DNA of 64,000 nt from an uncultured Chthonomonadaceae bacterium (GCA_963817895.1 CAWFQB010000006.1:352001-416000); one strand, 5' to 3'. Shown: positions 1-11,462, numbered from the stretch's first letter. Notes: generated from the sequence alone by a model not told the origin. Translations and numbers: made by a program.

Positions 1-216
1 CGCGAGTTGTATGTGAAAGTGTGGCAACCATCAGAAAACGGCGCTACATCTCCTCGTTGAAGTACCGTAAATTCCGGCTGCCTCTGAACCGGCGCGATAC
101 AATAACCATAATCCTTGCAGGATACAGCGGTTATTTAGATTTTCGGTATTCAGGTGTCAGAAACTCAGGTATTTTTTTCATGCCTCGCGAACATCTGATG
201 CCTGTGGAGCAGGGCC

Positions 217-1365
217 ATGCAGTTTGTAGTGTCGAAGGATGCGCGCGAGGGGATGTGCGTTGCGGAGGATATTTGCGATCCGCAGGGGCGCGTGCTGATT
301 GCGCGCGGACAGCGGTTGGGGATGCACCATATCATTCGTATGCGCAAGTTTCGCATCCTTTCCATCTTCATTGATCCCGCCAATGGCGAGACTTTAGTAA
401 AGCCAACTCGCTCCGATCTGCGCGACCAGTGCCGGCAGGTCTTAGGCCAGTCTTTCGCGCAACTGCAACAGGAGTTTGCGAACAAAAAGGTGGTTCTGGA
501 TGCCGCCGCGATCAAAATCGCGACCGACAGCCTGCTCCAGGCCCTGAGCCGCGCCAACAAGCCGCTGGTGACGCTGTGCAATGTGGCGGCCAGTTCCGAC
601 CGTCTGATGCAGCATTCCGTCAATGTGGCCGTGCTGGGAATTGTGCTTGCCCTGGATTTGCGCGCCCCGCGCGACATGCTGCACGATCTGGCCGTAGCCG
701 CGTTGTTTCATGACACGGGCATGATTTTTCTGCCCGACGAGTTGCAGCGCAGCGCCACACCGCCCACGCCGGAGCAATGCGCGGAAATTGAATGCCATTC
801 TCAAATGGGCTTCGAGCATCTGGTACATTCGCAGGCGGTGAGTCAGACATCCTGCGGGCTGATTTTGCGCCACCATGAGCGGCTGGACGGCAGTGGCTAT
901 CCACAGCATCTGCGCGGCGATAAATTGAGCCTGCTGGCCTGCATCATCGCGGTTGCGGAAACATACGATTCGCTGACGGGGGCGCGTTTCGGGATTGCGC
1001 CCGTGCTGCCGGATGCGGCCATCTCCTATATTATCAGCCATGCTGACACGCTTTTTGAGCGTCAGGTTGCGGTGGCTTTATGCAAGCGGGTCGCGCTGTA
1101 CCCGGTAGGCGCAGCGGTTCAGTTGACCACCGGGGAGTACGGCATTGTGGCCGGTTTGCTTCCCGATCAGCCGCATCGTCCTGTTGTACTGGCGCATCTG
1201 GATCGCCGTCGCCTTCCATTCAAGCAGCCGCTGATCGTAGACTTGACAGGAGATAGAGACAGAGCTATTCTGCGCTCCGCCGCAACCCTGCCGGAATTGC
1301 TTCAGGCGAAAAGCAAGGACTTTGTGCCACCCTCCGTAGACCCGCGCTATGCCAATATAGGGTAG
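217..1365 (+). CDS. HD-GYP domain protein (c-di-GMP phosphodiesterase family, possibly degenerate)
   Basis: HSVNVA, LFHDTG and HHERLDGSGYP motifs; N-terminal DPQGRVLIARG segment typical of this architecture. Confidence 0.9.
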   Translation: MQFVVSKDAREGMCVAEDICDPQGRVLIARGQRLGMHHIIRMRKFRILSIFIDPANGETLVKPTRSDLRDQCRQVLGQSFAQLQQEFANKKVVLDAAAIKIATDSLLQALSRANKPLVTLCNVAASSDRLMQHSVNVAVLGIVLALDLRAPRDMLHDLAVAALFHDTGMIFLPDELQRSATPPTPEQCAEIECHSQMGFEHLVHSQAVSQTSCGLILRHHERLDGSGYPQHLRGDKLSLLACIIAVAETYDSLTGARFGIAPVLPDAAISYIISHADTLFERQVAVALCKRVALYPVGAAVQLTTGEYGIVAGLLPDQPHRPVVLAHLDRRRLPFKQPLIVDLTGDRDRAILRSAATLPELLQAKSKDFVPPSVDPRYANIG

Positions 1366-1366
1366 C

Positions 1367-1405
1367 GAAGGATGAAGGCGGAAGGATGAAGGATGAAGGA
1401 TGAAG
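1367..1405. repeat. Heptamer tandem repeat (GAAGGAT)n
   Basis: gaaggatgaaggcggaaggatgaaggatgaaggatgaag directly after the HD-GYP stop. Confidence 0.85.
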
Positions 1406-1624
1406 ACAATGCTGTTTTATCGCTTCCTGCGCGCAAAGTTTGGGCGCATCTTTTTTGATGGCGTGTATTCGGGGAAAATATGCGGTATAATAGGTCTAAG
1501 TTCAGGACGGCGCCTGTGATTGTATCGCGCCGCCATCCCTCTTATATACCCCGGCTTTTGGCCGACGCGCATGTTGACAAAACACATACCCGTGATACGG
1601 GACATCGAAAGGAAGTAGGCACAT

Positions 1625-1834
1625 TTGGCACAAGTATCCGTGAAGCCTGGCGAAGGCATCGAAGGCGCCCTGCGCCGCTTTAAGAAGCAGACGATGGAGA
1701 GTGGCATCTTAAAGGAAGCCCGCGCCCACGAGCATTATGAGAAGCCCAGTGACAAGCGCCGCCGCGAAGCCGCCGCGCGCCTGCGCAAAATCGCCAAGGC
1801 CAAGCGCCAGGCGGAAGGCCGCGAAATGCGTTGA
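1625..1834 (+). CDS. rpsU: 30S ribosomal protein S21
   Basis: 69 aa basic protein, EGIEGALRRFKKQ...EARAHEHYEKPS; TTG start after aaggaag. Confidence 0.95.
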   Translation: MAQVSVKPGEGIEGALRRFKKQTMESGILKEARAHEHYEKPSDKRRREAAARLRKIAKAKRQAEGREMR

Positions 1835-1877
1835 TCGTTCGCGCGTGAACTGCCTCAACCCAAAAGTAGTGAAACAT

Positions 1878-1912
1878 AAAGGAGCGTACCTGTTGTCAGG
1901 TGCGCTCCTTTT
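1878..1912 (+). terminator. Intrinsic terminator after rpsU (possibly bidirectional)
   Basis: aaaggagcgtacctg-ttgt-caggtgcgctcctttt hairpin between convergent rpsU and LCP genes. Confidence 0.8.
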
Positions 1913-1937
1913 CATCTCCGCTATACAAATATACGTC

Positions 1938-2059
1938 CGTATGGACACAACTTGTTGTGTCCGCATGAGCGGCGTATGTCCGCGTTGGCAGTGTGTCCGC
2001 ATGGGCGGCGTGTCCGCGTAATTGTTCATGGAGGAGGGCATGACATGTTATGCCCCTAC
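1938..2059. repeat. GTAG-type REP pair with internal gtccgc repeats
   Basis: Palindromes gtatggacacaacttgttgtgtcc and gggcatgacatgttatgcccctac flank repeated gtgtccgcatg/gtccgcgt units. Confidence 0.6.
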
Positions 2060-2073
2060 GCCATTGTTTTTCG

Positions 2074-3682
2074 TTAGAGTGTGCCGCCGGTTTTATCGCC
2101 GGTGGTGTCGGTCTTATCGCCGCCGGTTTTGTCGCCTTTGTCGCCACTGTCTGTTTTGGTATCGGTGTCTTTGGAACCGCTGCCGCCCTTGTCCGTCTTG
2201 TCGCTCTTGTCGCCGGAATCTTTGCCACTGTCTTTGGAACCGGCATCGCCTGAAGAGTCTTTGTCTTTGCTCTTCTGAGTGTCGTCGGACGTATCACCGG
2301 AATTCCCATTACGCTTCCGATGCGCGCGTTTCCCGTCCGAAACTCTCTCTTCAGTCACGCCGTCTACGGGCGTCAGATCACTTGTTGTCTCTGAGCCGTC
2401 TTTGGTATCCGTGAGGGGGTTGCCGCTATCATCGCGGGGAAGGCTGGCTTCAGAGGCTGCGGAACTGTGCCGCCGTGAACGCCGACGCCCGGAACCTTCG
2501 CTGCCGCCGCCGCCCTCCCCGGAACTGTTCAGACCGCGCGAATTGTTGAGTGACGCCACCTGTTCCCAATTGGGCAAATCCAATAGCACCCTTGTCTGGT
2601 CGCCCTCATAGAACAAATCCGCGATGACTTTGGTGGCCTTGTCCTGATAAATGTAGCAGTAACTGCGGCCCTCATAGTTCGGCAGGGTAATCAGCTGTAT
2701 CTGTTCCGGCTTGAGTTTGCGGGCGAAGTTGGCGAGCGCAGATCATTTGGTCCTGGTTCAGATTAGAATGCAGGTCCGAGGTGATCGCGTTAAATATGCC
2801 CGGCAATTTTGTAATAATGGTTGGATTGACTTTGCTGCGGACCGCTTCCAGGAACTCATGCTGGCGTTCCGAACGGGCAAGGTCGCTGTCGGAGTGGCGA
2901 ATACTCACGTAGCCCATCGCCTTATACCCATTCAGATGCTGCATACCCGGCTGTAGATGAACGTGCAAGTTGCCCCAGTTGTCGTCATAGTTGAGGGGTT
3001 TGTGAATGTTGACATCCACGCCGCCAAGTTGCGTTGACGATTTTCTGAAAACTCTCGAAATCCAGCGTGACGTAGTAATCGCTGTCAATTCCAAAGCGTT
3101 CCTTGATGGTGCGAACCGACAGGTCGTTGTCACCGAATTCATGCGCAGCGTTGATTTTATGCAGGCCACGATGGTCGGGAATGGATACGGCAGTGTCCCG
3201 GGGGATGGTCAGGCACTTGATCGTACCGGCGGCAAAATCTACATGCGCGAGCAGAATACTGTCGCTGCGGCCCGGAGTTGTCAGGATGGGCTTTTGCGTC
3301 CGGTCATCATAATCATGATCACAGCCCATAATCAGGACGTTGATCGAGGTACCCTTGGCCGTTAATCCTTGTCTTTCCGGTGTCCAGGGCGCGGTAATAT
3401 CGCGGTCCCCAAACACTTCCCTGGGATGGAGGCAATTTGATTGATCGCGCTGGCAATCTCCTTGCTGTTGTGATAGAGATACCCGAAGGCAGTTCCGGCA
3501 ACCAACGCTCCAACCGTGACAACGGAAACCACGCCCCATTTGAGATAGGTCCAGACGTTGCGAGGCCGCGCCGTTTTGGTGGATGCGGCAGCCGCAGGCT
3601 TGGCCTCGAAAGAGGATGCGCCTTTGGGGACGTTGTTCGTCAGCGGAAACTTGCTATTGTCAGGTTGTTCCGGGTCTTTCAC
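2074..3682 (-). CDS. LCP (LytR-CpsA-Psr) family protein with Asp/Lys/Gly-rich tail; several frameshifts
   Basis: TM helix, NVLIMGCD, GRSDSILL, TIPRDT, KINAA, GGVDV, RHSDSDLARSERQ spread over ORFs 3362-3787, 2985-3539, 2672-3169, 2074-2616; GTG start after aaggag. Confidence 0.85.
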
Positions 3683-4097
3683 GTTTGGGGTTCTCCTTGA
3701 AATCGCCCATATTAAAGCATACAGGAGTTCGTCGAATATGTTGGCGCATACACCGCTAATGTAAGCCTCCCGATGGAGCGAAAACACAATCAGCCAAGAG
3801 TATCAAATTCATCATAGCATGAGAGATACCATGCTGTCAAGAAATGGTTTAGCGCTATCCTTGCATACGGCGTTTTAAGCCATTCCTTTGCGCATCTATT
3901 CGTCATTGTTGAACATTTAGAAGATAGGCGCGTCAACAATCTAAAAAACCGTAAAATATGTGCAACTCGCAGGCATGGGCGCGTGTCCAAAGCGGAATAA
4001 GTCGGTGTTTGGTATTTGGTATTCGGTGTTGGGAACATCGCTTTGATAGATTTGCACAGGGCAACTCCTTTTCTTCGGAACTACTGAGGCTAATTTT

Positions 4098-6536
4098 ATG
4101 CGCTTTGTTCGGTTCTCCCTTTTGTCTACACTGGTTGTTTGGAGTGGCGTAACTTCTGCCGCGTTTGCCGCGCCACCGACTCCGAAGGCCGACGCGAAAG
4201 CCTCTGCTGCCCCCGCAAAGATTGTGGCGAACGGTTCTGCCGCTGTCACCGCTTCTAAAGCTGCCGTCGCTTCTAAACCCATTGTGAAACCCGTCGAGTT
4301 TCTGCGGGATGTGGCGCCCATTCTGGACCGGAACAGCTGCTCCACCGCGGCGTGTCATGGCAAGTTCGGCGGCCGGGGCGGGTTTCAGATTTCTCTCCTG
4401 ACCCTCAGCCCGGAAGACGATTACGAGCCGCTTATCTATGGCGCGCGGGGGCGGCGCATCAATTTCGCCGAACCGGAAAAAAGTCTGCTGCTCCTGAAAG
4501 CGGCGGGACAGGTTCCGCACGGCGGCGGGCCGCGCTTTCGCGCCCGGTTCGCCCGATTACAACACGCTCCTCAACTGGATCAAGCAGGGCGCGCCATTTA
4601 GCGAAAAAGACCCGCGCCTTGTCTCCCTGACCATTACGCCCGCCAAAGTGACCCTGCATCAGCCCCGCTACCGACGCCGATTGTAAAACCAGCCGCCGAT
4701 CAAAACAGCGCAGGCACAAAGCCACGCGGCAAGAACGGCAAATCGATTGTAGTTGTCGCGGCAAAGCCTGTCCGCTCCGTCCCGCGCCGAAGCGCCGCAA
4801 ACGCAACTGCGCGTATGGGCCACGTACACGGATGGCAGCAAGCGCGACGTGACCAGCGCAGACCGTGTTTCAGTCCACCAATAGCGGCGTTCTCAGTGTC
4901 GCGGCGGGCGGCGAAGTGACCGGGCTAGCGCTGGGGCGGGGGCGCGATTTTGGGCCGCTATCTGGGAACCATTGCCGCCTCGTTCGTCACCTTGCCGCAG
5001 GAGCGCAAGGGCGCGTACCCGGCGCTGCCCGCCGGCAACATCATTGACAAGTTACGTGTTCGACAACCTGAAAGCGCTCAACGTCGTGCCGTCCCGCCAT
5101 CAGCGACGGACCTGGAATTTCTGCGCCGCGTCACGCTCGACACGCTGGGACGCCTGCCCACGCCCGAAGAGATCACCGCGTTTCAGGCAGACACCGCCCC
5201 TGACAAGCGCGCCAAACTGATAGACGCGCTGCTGGAAAAGCCGGAGTTCGCCGATTATCGCGCCATGCGCCTGTCCGATCTGCTGCGCGTCAATCCGCGC
5301 AAAATCGGCAACGGCAACGATCCTCTCGCGAACGCGAGCGCGGTGCTGTTCTACGAGTGGATCTGGAACAGCGTCCGCGACAACAAGCCGTAGGACCAGT
5401 TCGTGCGCGAGCTGATTACGGCGCGGGGCAGCACCTATCAGAACGGCCCGGCCAACTTCTATCGCATCGAGCGGCAGGCCAACGACCGCATGGAGAACAT
5501 CGGGCAGGCGTTTCTGGGCGTCCGCATGTCCTGCGCCCGCTGCCACAAGCACCCGTTCGACCGCTGGACCACCGACGACTACTGGAACTTCGCCGCCTTT
5601 TCGCAGAAGGTGTCGGGGCGGGGCGGGCGTCTGTACGACGAGGAGATCATCGGCTACAATCACAGGCGCGCAATTGACGCAACCAGTCGGTGACAGGCCG
5701 CAACCGGGGCAAAATCGCGCCCGCCACCTATCTGGGCGACAAGCAGCCCGCGCCCGATCAGCCGGACATGATCGACGGGACTGGCGAACTGGATGACCGA
5801 GTCCGAAAAACCCGTTCTTCGCCCGCGCCACCGTCAATCGGCTGTGGTCGTACTACTTCGGCAGAGGCATCATTCACCCGGTGGACGACATGCGCGCCAC
5901 CACGCCGGAAAGCGTTCCCGGCCTGCTGGACGCGCTGGCGAAAGAACTGGTAGATCACAAGTACGACATCAAGCACGTCATTCGCCTGATCCTGAACTCG
6001 CAAAACCTATCAGACTTTCCTCGGTTCCCAACGCCTCCAATCGAGCAGGACGACCGGTTCTTCTCGCACTTCATGCCGAAACCGATGCCCGCGCAGGTGC
6101 TGCTGGACATGATAGATCAGGCGTGCGGCGTCAAGGAGCAGTTCGGCAATTTCCCGGAGCGCAGCCCGCGCCGTGCAGGCCGCCATTCCCATCGGCAACA
6201 GTTTCCTCGACGCCTTCGGGCAGTCGCACCGCGAGTTCCTGACCGAGATCGACCCGAAACTGGAACCCAATCTCGTCCAAACCCTGACGATGATCAACTC
6301 GCCCTACATCGAGGACAAAGTGGACAACGGCACAACGACGCGAACCATCGTGAAAGACGCCAAAACCGATGAGGATGTGGTGCGCGACTGCTATCTGCGC
6401 ACCTTCTGCCGTCCGCCGACACCGACCGAAATGACCAAAGCGACCGCCCTGATCTGCAAAGCCAAAAACCGCGCCGAGGGCGCGCAGGATTGCTCTGGGC
6501 GCTGCTGACTCCCGCGAATTTTATTTCAATCACTAA
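4098..6536 (+). CDS. DUF1549/DUF1553 (PSCyt2/PSD1) exported protein; frameshifted, one in-frame TAG
   Basis: Signal peptide, VEFLRDVAPIL..CSTAACHG, FLRRVTLDTLGRLPT, FLGVRMSCARCHKHPFDRWT, VNRLW..FGRGI, LLDALAKEL, ends REFYFNH. Confidence 0.85.
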
Positions 6537-6563
6537 TTTAACCATACACCCCGGAGGGCTTCC

Positions 6564-7886
6564 ATGGAGCTACAACTGGCTGAGCGACTGCGAGAACTTT
6601 CATCGGCGCGATTTTCTGAAGGTCGGCATGTTGAGCATGCTGGGCCTGTCCTGTCGAAGTACTACGCGCTGGCGGACACGACCAACAAAGCCGCGCTGCC
6701 CAAAGGGGCGGGAACGGCGGACTCGTGCGTGCTGATCTGGCTGGGCGGCGGGCCGAGCCATCTGGATACATTGGACCGAAGCCGGACGCGCCGCTGGAAA
6801 TCCGGGGCGATTACAAGCCCATCAACACGACGGCAAGCGGGATGCAGATTTCCGAACACATGCCCAAAACGGCGAAAGTGGGCGACAAAATCTGCGTGGT
6901 CCGCAGCGTCACCAGCCCGACCGGAGCGCATGAGATCGGCACGCACTATATGCTGACCGGCTTTCTGCCCCTGCCCGGTTTCGCGGTTCCCAGTTACGGC
7001 GCGGTCGCGTCCCAGCTGCTCGGCCCGCGCAGCGCCCTGCCGCCCTACATCTCCGTGCAGCAGCCGATGGGCGAGCAGGGCGCGGGCTTTCTGGGCGCGG
7101 CCCTGAACCCGTTCTATCCCGGCGGCGACCCGGCCAACCCCAACTTCAAGGTGCAGAACCTGGAAGCGCCCGGCAACATGACCGTAGAGCGTCTGGATCG
7201 CCGCAAGTCCCTGCGCGAAGCCGTTGACAGCGCGTTCAAGGCGCAGGAAAAGGGCAGCGACACGGCCCGCGCCGTAGACAGTTTCTACAATCGCGCCTAC
7301 ACGCTGCTGTCTTCGACCGAGGCCCGCGCCGCCTTCGACCTGAAGAAGGAAAAAGAAGAACTGCGCAACGCCTACGGGCGCAACAACTTCGGGCAGAGCC
7401 TGCTGCTGTCGCGGCGGCTGGTGGAAGCGGGCGTCCGCTTCGTCACCTGTTTCGCTCGGCGGCTGGGACAACCACTCGCAGATTTTCAACCAGCTTGAAG
7501 AACGGCGTCCTGCCGACATTCGATCAGGGCTTTGGCACGTTCATCGCCGACCTGGCGCAGCGCGGCCTGCTGGAGCGCACGCTTGTCGTGGTCATGGGCG
7601 AGTTCGGGCGTACGCCGATCATCAACAAGGACGGCGGGCGCGACCACTATCCCCGCGTCTTCTCGCTCGTGCTGGCGGGCGGCGGCGTCAAGGGCGGCAC
7701 GGTCGTCGGCGCGTCCGATGCGCGGGGCATGGAACCGGCCTCCGATCCCGGTTCGCCCGGAAGACCTCGGCCGCGACCATCTACCACTGCCTGGGCATCG
7801 ACTACACGCAGAGCATCGCGTCCCCGGAAGGCGTCCGCATCACCCTGGCGCGCGGCGGCTCGCACATCCGCAAGGCCGTAGGGTAA
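6564..7886 (+). CDS. DUF1501 domain protein with Tat-like RRDFLK; frameshifted
   Basis: RRDFLKVG, LIWLGGGPSHLDT, YGRNNFGQSLLLSRRLVEAGVRFV, GEFGRTP, GRDHYP. Confidence 0.9.
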
Positions 7887-7894
7887 GAATAGTA

Positions 7895-8054
7895 AACCAC
7901 GAAGAACACGGAGGACACGGAGAAATGCAGTTGGAGAGAACAGAAACAGAGTGTGAAAAGCGGAGGCAGGATGTCTGCAAAAGTGAAATCATGGCGAAAT
8001 ATTCTGCGCCTTTCTCTCCTGTGTTTCTCCGTGTCCTCCGTGTTCTCCGTGGTT
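7895..8054. repeat. Inverted repeat element of 9-nt units whose right arm overlaps the WD40 coding start
   Basis: aaccacgaagaacacggaggacacggagaaa (7895-7925) pairs with 8024-8054 at 30/31. Confidence 0.85.
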
Positions 8055-9281
8055 GATACCGCAAATGCGCAGGCAAAGCCGGACGTAAAACCGGCGGTCT
8101 CGACGAAAGCGGTTGCGCCTGTAAAGCCGGACAGCAAGACGGTTGTGCCTCCTGTGGCTGTCCCCGCCAAGACGCCACCGCCTGTGACTGTAAAGCCGGG
8201 AACGCCAGTAACGGCAAATTCAGCGACACAGACAACGCCGCCGGTTCCAACCGGTCCTACGCCGATTGTCGTAGATCATCCCGTTGCGGCGATTACGTCT
8301 CTGGCGTATAGCCCGGACGGGAAGAAGTTGGCGCTGGGGACGTAGGGGCAGGTTGTTGTTTACGATACTGATACGTGGCAGCCAATTGGATTGACGCGGC
8401 AGGTGGAGGACGCAGTTCGTTCGCTCGCGTTCAGCCCGGATGGATTGACGCTTGCGATTGGCTGCGGGCTGTCGGGACGGGATGGCGTTGCCCTGACATG
8501 GGATATGAACTCTGCGAGTAAGCCGCGTTCGTACCCGGCGCAAAAGGACACGATTGAGGCGCTCGCGTTTCGCAAGGACGGCAAAGGCCTGCTGTGCGGC
8601 GCGGACGATAACAAAGTCCGCTACTTCGGCAGTTTCCCCGATGCCAACGGAACCGTTCTGGATGAGCATAACGGGCGCGTACAGGCCGTCGCCTTTTCTC
8701 CCAAAGCCGATTACATATTTATTACGGGCGGGCTGGATCAGATCGTAAAAGTGTGGGATATGGCAACCATGCACACCGTCGTCAATTTCGATCAGAGCGA
8801 GGGCGGCATGACCGGGCTGGCGTTCATCAACGAGGGGCAGTTTGTCGGCAGCAGTCTGGACGGCAAATTGTACTGGTGGGGCATCGGCTACGACACCAAG
8901 AAGCAGACTTACAGCGGCTACCACTTCCGCACGGTTGGAGCGCACGACGGCGGCGTCTTGTCGCTGAACAATTCCACGGATGGCAGGCGGCTGATAACCT
9001 GCGGCATGGACAAGTCCGTCATCATCTGGAACCCGGACGGCGGGCGCGTTCGCGAGTTCAAAAATCTGGCGCAGCCAATGTACGCGGTCGCCCTCAGTCC
9101 CGACGGCAAAACCGCAACGGGCGGCGGTCGCGACGGCATCCTGTACGTCTGGGACGTGGACGGCAACAAACTCATCAACAACCTCCTTCCCCCCGAATTG
9201 CCCAAACCCCCTGCGCTCAAACCCGTTGCGCCTGTGAAAAAGATACAAGTGGGTACAAAATCAGTAGCAAAGCGCAAGTAA
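7971..9281 (+). CDS. Exported WD40 beta-propeller protein, interrupted by one in-frame TAG at 8343-8345
   Basis: ORFs 7953-8345 and 8391-9281 share a frame; repeated SLAFSPDG / D..VKVWD motifs; signal peptide and Pro/Lys linker; ggagg RBS. Confidence 0.88.
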
Positions 9282-9618
9282 GGGAGAAGGAGATACTGTT
9301 ATGTCGTGGCATAACTTTGAGAACGGTAAACAGTATTCGCTCAACCAAATTTTGGAAACCTGTGATAAACATATACATTCCGGCGGGGTGAAGAACGAGC
9401 TACAGAAACTAAAGTATCTGCGGGTAATTAGTGATTGCCGCCAATCGAACCTCGTGTACAACCCAAAGAGTGATGGATGGGGCAATTCACCGCTCAATCC
9501 CAATAGCTGGGATACGACTGGCGGTGAACCCATCAGCGGCGTATCAAGCGCGTTGGAAGATACGACGCTGCAAAAGCGGACGGCGGTTCCTATGATATAC
9601 TGTAGGCGGAGGAAGAAA

Positions 9619-9843
9619 ATGGACGAAACTGTTACAGGACAATCAAACCTCAAAACGACAGCCGATTACAAAGCCGCTTTCACGCAATTGCTCGTTGAGA
9701 TGGATCGTGTTGACGAACGGATGGACAAAGACCGCGCCGAAATCGAGCGGTTGAAGATCGAAACACAGGTTATTAAAGCGCGAACCAGCGCGAATCTCGC
9801 CCGCTTGCAGGAGCAGATCAACCATCTGTCGAGGGCCGTATAG
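9619..9843 (+). CDS. Small coiled-coil hypothetical protein
   Basis: ggagga RBS and extended -10 TGATATACT just upstream; heptad pattern. The in-frame segment from 9301 may be a separate gene remnant. Confidence 0.6.
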   Translation: MDETVTGQSNLKTTADYKAAFTQLLVEMDRVDERMDKDRAEIERLKIETQVIKARTSANLARLQEQINHLSRAV

Positions 9844-9846
9844 CCG

Positions 9847-10134
9847 ATGTGGAAACAGCTGATTGACATTGGCAACAAACTGTTCACTCTGATGCGAAGA
9901 GTAGAAAAACTTGAGGAAGACAGCAAGGCGATTCATCAGGACATCAAGGAACTTAACCAGAAAGTAGACCAACTCACCGAAGCGGTTCAACGTCTCGCCT
10001 ATGAGTTCCAGCGTGACCGGGAGAACGCCGAACGCGACCGAGAAATACAGCGTCTGCGGTTGGAAAATATTCTGCTTCGCTTCGAGCGCGGTTTGCCACC
10101 CGGAAATAAACCGGACGGCGAAGGCGAGGCATAG
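9847..10134 (+). CDS. Coiled-coil hypothetical protein
   Basis: 95 aa, long heptad helix, ends LRLENILLRFERGLPP; starts 3 nt after the previous stop. Confidence 0.7.
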   Translation: MWKQLIDIGNKLFTLMRRVEKLEEDSKAIHQDIKELNQKVDQLTEAVQRLAYEFQRDRENAERDREIQRLRLENILLRFERGLPPGNKPDGEGEA

Positions 10135-10300
10135 CGGTAAAACTATGAAGCAAGGAGAAGGCAGTGGGGATAGCGTTTAATGGGTTGTCCTTACTCGGTA
10201 TATTCTGTGTGGTACTTGGCCGTGCAGAAAGAGGCAACAGCCCGACTGCTACCCCTGTCTTCAGCAACCCGTCCAGTTTGCTACTGTACCCGGTGCGCAA

Positions 10301-10702
10301 GTGACGCGACCCGAAGCCACGCGGCCTTCCAAACCCGTTAGGAGTACGGTCACGGCTGAACTCGGCAAAATAACACAGAAGCCAGAGGAGTACCCTGCTG
10401 GCGACCGTGAGGCGGTTCGCGCAATGGCGAAACTCCTACGGAAGAACCCGAAAGCCACCGACTACATCGTGCGATACACAAATGTTTGGCCCCCAAACAA
10501 TCCGCTTGACAGGTATATCCGCTATGACCGGCCCTCGAAGACACTGTATGAGTCGAAGCACGGGGGCGCGGATTGGGTATATCGCGGGGTGACGCCTGAT
10601 ATACTGGTGAAACTGGCAAAGGTGTCGTACAGCAAATATGTGACTGTGGAAGAACTAGAAACCATGTTTGGCTGTAAGCCCGGTCGGAGCGCGACGAACT
10701 GA
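10301..10702 (+). CDS. Hypothetical protein (start uncertain)
   Basis: Protein-like composition, co-oriented with neighbours. Confidence 0.45.
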   Translation: MTRPEATRPSKPVRSTVTAELGKITQKPEEYPAGDREAVRAMAKLLRKNPKATDYIVRYTNVWPPNNPLDRYIRYDRPSKTLYESKHGGADWVYRGVTPDILVKLAKVSYSKYVTVEELETMFGCKPGRSATN

Positions 10703-10759
10703 TACAAGATGCGTCTAAACAATCCTGTGCGCGAATAAGACAGCCTGCTGAAGAATGGT

Positions 10760-11137
10760 ATGAGTATGGACTTTAAAACTACACTGCAAAGCGCGGTTCC
10801 TGTTGGCACTATCCTCCAGAACCCCGGCGGTGGAACATCTGAAGTTGTGTGCATTTCTGACGAAGTGATTACCTATCGGCGCGGTAACACCAATATGAAA
10901 GTGTCACTGCAAAATTTATTCGATGCATACTGGAATTTCAGGGGACGCGCTATGTCCTCAACCGAGTTGAGAAAATTTCGGCCTTTCGTCTTTGATTCCA
11001 GCGCGCGACCGGCTGGACATTCATGCAACTGTACGTTCCTATTTTTGGTGCTGCAACGGCTTGGAATTGTCAATGCTATTGAGGGCAAAGGAATCAGCGG
11101 CAACCCATTCTTTGTCAATGTAAATGGATCAAACTGA
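10760..11137 (+). CDS. Hypothetical protein with GHSCNC motif
   Basis: 125 aa AT-richer ORF overlapping the xisI-like start. Confidence 0.6.
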   Translation: MSMDFKTTLQSAVPVGTILQNPGGGTSEVVCISDEVITYRRGNTNMKVSLQNLFDAYWNFRGRAMSSTELRKFRPFVFDSSARPAGHSCNCTFLFLVLQRLGIVNAIEGKGISGNPFFVNVNGSN

Positions 11138-11462
11138 ACGCTACCGAACCGTGATCAAAGAGTTGCTTGAAGAAGTGGGAGGTTATGTACCCTCCACAGA
11201 CAGCGTTCGCACGGAACTTCTGTTTGACGATGAGCGCGGACATTACCAACTCTGCGTTGTCGGACGGGAAGTGAACAGACGCGTTTATAATATCATGATG
11301 CACTTTGACCTCATAATAGATGGCAAGATATGGGTTCAGGAAAACGCGACGGATATTGATCTCGAACACTACTTTTTTCAGGCGGGTGTTCTTTTTGAGC
11401 ATATCATGCCGGGAATGGTCCCACCTGAGCAGCGGCAATACTCTGACTTCGCCATTGCCTGA
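11124..11462 (+). CDS. XisI family protein
   Basis: MD..ERYR..I..LL, LFDDERGHYQL, HFDLIIDGKIWVQENATD, PPEQRQYSDFAIA. Confidence 0.9.
   Translation: MDQTERYRTVIKELLEEVGGYVPSTDSVRTELLFDDERGHYQLCVVGREVNRRVYNIMMHFDLIIDGKIWVQENATDIDLEHYFFQAGVLFEHIMPGMVPPEQRQYSDFAIA

Noticed and set aside
5391..8345. Genome-wide TAG reassignment or pyrrolysine
   Set aside because: TAG ends atpD, atpC, the HD-GYP gene and the ChdC-like gene at expected lengths; no pyl genes seen
9301..11462. Integron cassette array
   Set aside because: No RYYYAAC...GTTRRRY attC-like palindromes seen between genes and no integrase
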